A stretch of 64,000 bases of DNA. It comes from Octopus vulgaris (taxonomy: Eukaryota). Position 1 is the stretch's first letter. Each line of letters begins with the position of its first letter. The translations under genes were made by a program, and so were the position numbers. The stretch lies in contig OX597820.1 of the NCBI GenBank assembly GCA_951406725.2, positions 60,822,001 to 60,886,000 of the forward strand. Reading direction: 5' to 3'. Positions 56,609-64,000 of the stretch are shown in pieces. The notes under the pieces are model-generated. The model did not search any database. It was given only the letters and a program-made list of their open reading frames with translations, and was not told the DNA's origin.

Positions 56609-58058
56609 TTATCCTGCAAGGGTTGGGTAATGGTCCATTTAGACCAAAGTAAAGCGTTTGATAGGGTAGACCATTGTTTCCTGGCGGCGGTTCTCGAAGC
56701 GGCTGGGCTGGGCCCGGGCTTTCGCGGGTGGATCTCCGCTATGTACAGCGGCATCAAGTCCACAGTCCAGATAAACGGTTACCTGACGGAGCCGTTTTCG
56801 ATTAAGTGCTCAGTTCGTCAAAGGTGTCCCTTGTCTCCGCTTCTGTACGTGTTGGCTCTCGAGCCATTGCTGCGGAAGTTGGAGAAGTTGGGAGGCAACC
56901 CTAAGGAGATCGAATGCGGTAAGTCTGTTTCTGCTTATGCGGATGACGTCACCTTCATCGTGTCCAGCGAAGCACATATACCTCATGTAGAAGATGCTCT
57001 CATGGATACGAAGCGGTGGCAGGAGCAAAAGTTAACAAAGACAAGTCCATCGGCTTGCGCTTCGGCACCGGGAGGAGCAAGTCGATATCACCCAGTGTCG
57101 TGGGTCACTGAACAGATGGTCTTGTTAAGTTGCTTGGAGTTTGGTTTGGCCCAGACTCTCAGACGGAGAAGAAATGGAGCGAGGTGGCAGATAAGGTACA
57201 GGTCGTAGTACGGAAGCGGTCCGGAAGGGCTCTGTCCTTGAAAGGAAGCGCGGAGGTGGTACATGTGTTTATTGCGTCTGTAATCACTTATCGCCTGACC
57301 GTTGTCCCTTGCCCCGATTTGTAGCTAAACAAGTTGGAACGACTCCTTTTCCGCTTTTTGTAGAAGGGAGGAAAGCTACTTGTAAAGCACTCTGTTTGCT
57401 GCCAGGAACCGTTAAAGGGCGGGCTGAAAATGCATTGGCTAATGATGTGCAAACATGCATTGAGGCTGAGATATCTCTGGCGTCACCTGGAAGGTGATAA
57501 GGTGTGGAGTCTGCTGGCAGAGGAATTCATCCCGGCCTCTATGGAGAGATTTAAACCCGACTGGATCTATTATAAAGATGGTGCCGCCAACTGAACTCTC
57601 AAAGGAAGGTGAGGCTTGTTTTCACTGTACGGTGGCAGTATTGAAAGAGTGTGTATGGAGAACTAGAATGGAAGGTTTCGTGACAGGTTCCTTCGTCTCT
57701 GGCCCGGGTTTGTTAACCTACTTCAGATGCCATCTGAAGAGCAAGATGGGGTTGGAGAGGAAAGCCCCGCCGCAAAGACGTTAGAAGGATGCGATGAGAA
57801 AGATGGATGTCAATAACCCAGCTTAATCATCAATGAAAGGAAAAAGATAGTTGCTGCGCCTTACAGGCTGCCGGGTATGAAGTTTGAACTTGTTTCTTTT
57901 ACTTCTTTTTTAAAAAAAAGGTTAACGGAACATCAAGTAAACTATATAAATTATATCTAAATTTTTAACGTTCATTCGAACTCATCATAACATTTTGGTA
58001 ATCGTTTCGTCCTGTAAAGTCCCATCTGTGTACTGATTGTATAATCATAATAAAGAAT
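56609..58058 (+). mobile_element. 5'-truncated, internally deleted Tx1/L1-clade LINE
   Basis: LDQSKAFDRVDH..L, VQING.LT.PF.I..SVRQ.CPLSPLLYVLALEPLL, AYADDVT, LLGVWFG; AATAAA at 58049; 20-bp TSD CCATCTCTAGAAGA(C/T)GTGGT at 56589-56608 and 58059-58078. Confidence 0.9.
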
Positions 58059-58082
58059 CCATCTCTAGAAGATGTGGTGTCC

Positions 58083-58128
58083 AGTACTGAAGAGAGGCAG
58101 AAATAGCCCGAAACCAGACTGGTATGCT
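58083..58128 (+). ncRNA. Type I hammerhead ribozyme, intact core
   Basis: AGTA-CTGAAGA(58087-58093)-G(A)GGC agaaata GCCC-GAAA(58110-58113)-CCA gac TGG-TA(58123-58124)-TGCT; distal stem I TCTAG..GA(T/C)G / CGTC.CTAGA. Confidence 0.8.
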
Positions 58129-58377
58129 AGTATCGTCGCTAGAAGGGGAGAGGGGTTCGGTCCCCTGCTCGCAATATATCGGATGCAACTGTGCATCGTT
58201 AACCAGCTACAGGAGATGTCCTCTTGGGGTTAAAATATCGCAGTAAAGTCCGTATGAATGGAACAGCCACGTTGAAGTGGCCTCGAATATTACTGCATTC
58301 ATCTCTCAGAGAGATTTTAGAACTAGCTTTTTAGCTTATACACACACACACAAACACAAACACATACACTTATACAC

Positions 58378-58459
<82 letters not shown>

Positions 58460-58460
58460 A

Positions 58461-58834
58461 CACTTGCGTCAGAAATTAATTAGCACTTCTCAAATTTCTA
58501 CATTAAATAGGTTAAATCAATTAACCTATGAGCTGTTCAAAACGTCTTACGCGATGAGAAAACTTAGTGTGTTTCGGTCCTTGCGAGGCGCTACCTATAT
58601 CTATTAAACAAAGGAAGATTTGTCTGCATCCGCACTCCAAGTTGTTGTTGCACTGCTATGTCAACATCATAAGGCTGTAGACTCTCAAACTGCTCTGCAA
58701 ACAAAGTTACGTCATCGTTCTGCGCAACAGTGAACTCGCAACAAAGCAATAGTTCGAGATATGGCCACTAGGTGACAGCACATACCTTGAGTGAAGAGCA
58801 AATCAAGGGTGCTAATTAATTTCTGACGGTAGTG
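58461..58834. mobile_element. Tc1-like MITE
   Basis: 26-bp TIRs CACT(TG/AC)CGTCAGAAATTAATTAGCAC, flanked by TA. Confidence 0.85.
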
Positions 58835-59964
58835 TATATATATACTGATATGTATCTATATACTCGGTACACACGTATATAATAAAGAGTAAAAGAATAA
58901 ATTATAGGTACAGATATATACACACTTAGACGTAAATCTTTAGAAAGTATACCATCGTTCGAATATCAAGTATGTATGTAAACACACGCCAAAATGCATG
59001 GAGACGTACGCCGAAGTTTGTCAAAGATAATGACAGAAATAAGACATCGTTTGACAAAAATGCTGAAATGAGACAGGTGAAGACATTTACATGTAGAGTT
59101 ACACACACGTAAATTCAGAAGCACATCTTATTCCTAACATTAATATGCTTAGAAAGTTAGACCAGCAAGTCGAGAAAGAGTGTAGTAGTAATAGAACGGT
59201 CCAATTATGATTTATTTATCACTAAAAACGCATTCAAGTTTGTAAGGGTTGGGGATAAATTTGAATGTATTGATTGTATTATTGTTATTCATCATCGCTG
59301 GTTTTAATTTCAACGAAGTGTGAAATTAGATACTATAAGGCATTTCTAGGTCAGTTCTATTAATTTTAATAACCCCATTGACTTAAGTAGTGGCAACAGT
59401 GTTAAGACTGAGTTTAGTGAGCGCCATAGAGAGAAGTTGGCTTTTTGTAAGTGGAGGCTGAGATTTGAGTTCAGTTTTCAATTGTCGAATTTCAATTCCT
59501 TACACCCCTAATGCCATTAGAAAAACCATATACATCGAAATAATCTTGCTCACCATTGTATATTAGCATACCCACCAAGGATGTCGACATTAGTGAAAAC
59601 ACTGAAAACGTGCGCCCTTCAAATGAATCTATTTGAATATTTGTTCAACACTTAGTTTCAGATACAAGCAGTCAACAACACACTACACTATTGACTGGCT
59701 TGTTGATAACCTGTAGCCAACGTTTTTATTACAATATAAAATTATTCTCCCTGATTTTTTTTAGTCGGGTAAGGGTTTAATTAGTCGATTACATCGGCTA
59801 CGGTACTCAGTTGCTATTTATTTTATCGATCATAAAACAATGAAAGGCAAAGTCGGCGGAACATGAACTCAGAACATTAAGAGACGGAAGAAATGCCAGT
59901 AACGCCGTTATAAAATAATTCATTCTACAATAGGTACCGGGACTGAAATTTGGTTGGATAATCA

Positions 59965-60420
<456 letters not shown>

Positions 60421-60965
60421 AAGATCGATCCTCCCACCCAAGTGCTTGACTGATTCTTATTTTATCGCCCCCGAGAGGATGAAAGCCAAAGTCGACCTCG
60501 AAGGAATTTGAACTCAGAACATAACGACAGACGAAATGCCGCTAAATATTTTTGTCCGGCATAGTATCGATTCTACCACCTGGTAGCTATATAGCTTACG
60601 TTAAATAAATAGGAAAATAAAGAATCGAGAGACTACCACAATTCCTTTCTTGTTAAATTATCAAAACTCTTGTTTATGTTATCTGTGATATGGGAGCTTT
60701 GCAAAATACTGTTTCCTCGCTGTTCCGTCAATTGTAACATAACCTAATTGTGGTTGATTATAAAAAGTACAGGTTATACTTCAGTTAGCTACTATAATTT
60801 GCAAATTTGTGCGCAAAATCAAGTGACTGTGACATCACTCGAAAACTCCATCTCTGCATGATACTCACGAGAGGCTTTCAACGTGGTAAATTAAGGAAAC
60901 AAAAAAAACAGATCTTTTGGCTATCACTCCAGCAAAGTATATAAATAACCACCTACTATTCTCAA

Positions 60966-61215
60966 AGGTCGAGGGATCGCGGGTTCAAATCTCAGACCGG
61001 GCGATGTGTGTGTTTATGAGCGAAACACCTAAGCTCCACACGGCTCCGGCAGAAGGTAGTGGCGAACTTCTGCTACTCTTTCGCCACAACTTTTTATCAC
61101 TCTTTCCTCCTGTGACGGACCGGTGTCCCGTCCAAGTGGGGAACCTATACGCCAAGGAAACCGGGAAACCGGCCCTATGCTCCACAAGGGGCAAAAAGGA
61201 TTAAGAAGAAGAAAA
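60966..61215 (+). mobile_element. SINE family D, 5'-truncated
   Basis: Matches 12008-12230. Confidence 0.8.
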
Positions 61216-61289
61216 ATTCTCAAAGGATATTCGTCTGTTTCCTAATCGGATAAAAACGTTAGTCATGGCTGTGTAGTGAAGAAGTTTGC

Positions 61290-61820
61290 ACGCCGGGTGA
61301 AATGCTTAGCAGTATCTCGTCTGCCGCTACGTTCTGAGTTCAAATTCCGCTGAGGTCGACTTTGCCGTTCATCCTTTCGGGGTTGGTTAAATGAGTACCA
61401 GTTACGCACTGGGTAGATATAATCGACTTGATCCGTTTGTCTGTCCTTGTTTGTCCTCTCTGTGTTTAACCCCTTATGGGTAGTAAAGAAATAGGTATTT
61501 CGCCTGCCGCTACGTTCTGAGTTCAAATTCCGCCGAGGTCACCTTTGCCTTTCATCCTTTCGAAGTCGATTAAATAAGTACCAGTTACGCACTGGGGCCG
61601 ATATAATCGACTTAATCCGTTTGTCTGTCCTTGTTTGTCCTCTCTGTGTTTAGCCCCTTGTGGGTAGTAAAGAAATAGGTATTTCGTCTGTCTTTACGTT
61701 CTGAGTTCAAACTCCGCCGAGGTCGACTTTGCTTTTCATCCTTACGGGGTCGGTAAATTAAGTACCAGTTGCGTACTGGGGTTGATCTCATCGACTGCCT
61801 CCTCCCCCCAAAGCAGAAAA
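61290..61820 (+). repeat. Tandem trimer of SINE family C (~184-bp unit)
   Basis: Units start near 61313, 61496 and 61680 with TAT(T/C)TCG.CTG....TACGTTCTGAGTTCAAA. Confidence 0.85.
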
Positions 61821-61821
61821 G

Positions 61822-61870
<49 letters not shown>

Positions 61871-62787
61871 GATTCGATCCTCGATAGCCAAATTTCACTT
61901 AACTGTTCAACAGCACTTTTTTCTCGGAAAACAATAGTTTTTCTGTGATAGACAGCAGTTACATTTACCAGATACCTTCACTAAGCCGGAATAATGTCTT
62001 TGCGACTTGACCCTTTTAACCTCTTCTAGTCCACCAAAAGCTAGAATAGAGATAACAGGCCTCCAACGAAATCTATTGTTCTCAAAAATATGTCTATGCT
62101 TCTAGCTGGTTTTTGATAGTTATAAAAAGAACTCGTAACCCAAAGTTAGTTAGTGAGAACTGAATCTAGCTGACCGACTGAAGAAAACGCCATCTCTAAA
62201 GGAAAAGGCACAAAGGGACAACTATGGTAACTCACCAATGAAGGAGTTGTTTCGTCCCACCACTCTCACTTTCTTTTCTCTTTAACATTACCATATCTCT
62301 CTCTATATATATTACTATGAGATCGTGTACACACATACTGGTCGAAATTAATTTTTTACCTCGCATGCTTTTCCATTTACTAGTTATAAATACCAACCCG
62401 TTGTGATTTTGGATATCTACAAAATAACGGCAAAATAAATATCTCTTTACAACTTCAATCGCTGTTCTTCCATCTTTCACATCTTACAACATGCCGTTGC
62501 AATACCGCTTTGCCGTTACACACACACACACACACACACACATACACACACACGCACACACACACATACACACACTCACACACACATATATATATATATT
62601 TATATATATACACATTCATACATACATATTATTATTATATCTGCCGCTACGTACTGAGTTCAAATTCCACTGGTTGGAACCGCTCGAATACTCTGGATGG
62701 TGCTCGAAAAATATAGAGTATTACCTTAGTCCTCTGGTAGTGAACAGCTGGCACCATAGCACATCTCCAGCGTTAGAAACTATACAA

Positions 62788-62870
62788 AGACGACAACAAC
62801 AACAACAATAATAATGATAAAAACAACAATAACAACAACAATAATAACAATAACAATAACAATAATAATA

Positions 62871-62907
<37 letters not shown>
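62788..62907. repeat. (AAC)n/(AAT)n/(GAT)n tract
   Basis: Directly visible. Confidence 0.95.
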
Positions 62908-62910
<3 letters not shown>

Positions 62911-63080
62911 GTTCCATGCACTTCTCAAGATTTTTACTCACTGTTCCCAGAGTTTCGGTACTACTATAACCTTCTTCATCGACCACAACTGCTTAACTTC
63001 CAAGAATATTTATCGTTGCTCTGTCTTATATTGTTAATATATTCCCATGAAGGGTCTAATTTTTGTATCATACGAATATC
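62908..63080 (-). mobile_element. Small Dong/R4 endonuclease-end fragment
   Basis: Minus strand EVKQLWSMKKVIVVP..LGTVSKNLEK, comparable to EKMWHLKAVTIPVIVGALG at ~16030-16085. Confidence 0.55.
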
Positions 63081-63779
63081 GCTAAAATATGGAGGAGAAA
63101 TATAATGACTTCGATTTATTTAGCTGTTCACCCTTCTGAGACAAGTGAAACATAGTGCCTCCATTGAAAGCTCAATGATTAAGACGATGTCTCGTTTAGT
63201 TCGAAAAGGAAACAAAAATAGTGTTTGATCAAATGAGAGGAAATTACAGAAGAGACGATGCGTATCTTTATATCCTAGTTCAGGAGTAGTCCATATCATA
63301 GCGATTTAATTGAAACGGATACGTTGATGTTGATAACAGTATTGAATAAATCTTTCTATATATCAGCAAAGTAATTAACATGATAATACATCGCATATCT
63401 TAATGATGTAATTACCATACTACACAATGTCATCTAGTAATGTAATTAAGAGAGAAATACATCCGATTTGATAAGCAAATGTTTAATTCCAAATGCAGAT
63501 ATCATCGCCCATGTAATCAGAGTATAACAATGTATGCTATGTGTGAACAAATACGCATTGATTAAACAGCAAAACATTGGGCTCAGAAGACTATTTTACA
63601 ATATCCAAATATTCTGATAGAGAACAGTAAAAACTAATTTCTTATAAAATAGGTATGCAATACGGCTGATCACAAGCTTATGGAAAGTGATCAAAATGCG
63701 AAGAGCTAAACTTTTTCACCTCCTTCGTAATTTTTCAACTCGTTCTTCAGTCAACCTTTTCCCTTTCTGATATATTTCT

Positions 63780-64000
63780 ATCTCTATTTGATCCTTACTG
63801 AAAATGCACCATCCTCTATTTCCTGCTTACTCGTGTCCACTGCTTCTGCAGCCACAACTTTCACTTTAAAACCAGACTCAAAATTGTTAGCCTGTGCCAT
63901 TGGTTGCACTTCAACCTTTATATCCTGCGTCCACATCTACCTCTGCCACCCTGGCCCCACAGTGCTTTATATTATCCATATCTCCCACCGACACCAGTCT
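63780..64000 (-). mobile_element. Possible RTE endonuclease N-terminal remnant
   Basis: Minus strand YKALWG..G..G-type segment, heavily decayed. Confidence 0.3.

Overview
AT-rich, repeat-saturated eukaryotic non-coding DNA, most likely an intron or intergenic region of an octopus (coleoid cephalopod) genome; the organism is inferred from recalled SINE families and microsatellite density and was not database-checked. There is no convincing intact host gene, and almost all ORF-track entries are translations of (TACA)n, (TA)n, (CA)n and (AAT)n microsatellites. The window contains several tRNA-headed SINE families, decayed non-LTR retrotransposons (R4/Dong-like RLE elements in (TACA)n or (TAA)n tracts, RTE, CR1-like, Tx1/L1-like), Tc1/mariner remnants and MITEs, Helitrons and Penelope-like terminal-repeat fragments. 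The strongest signal is a set of hammerhead ribozyme (HHR) motifs: (1) a core-intact type I HHR at 58083-58128 in a highly structured ~300-nt retrozyme-like element, interrupted in its stem I arm by a Tx1-like LINE with a 20-bp TSD; (2) a ~390-bp TSD-flanked fold-back element (48741-49133) whose ~112-bp inverted arms enclose an HHR at the apex; (3) several minimal Penelope-type HHRs. Coordinates were read by eye, so repeat boundaries may be off by a few bases.
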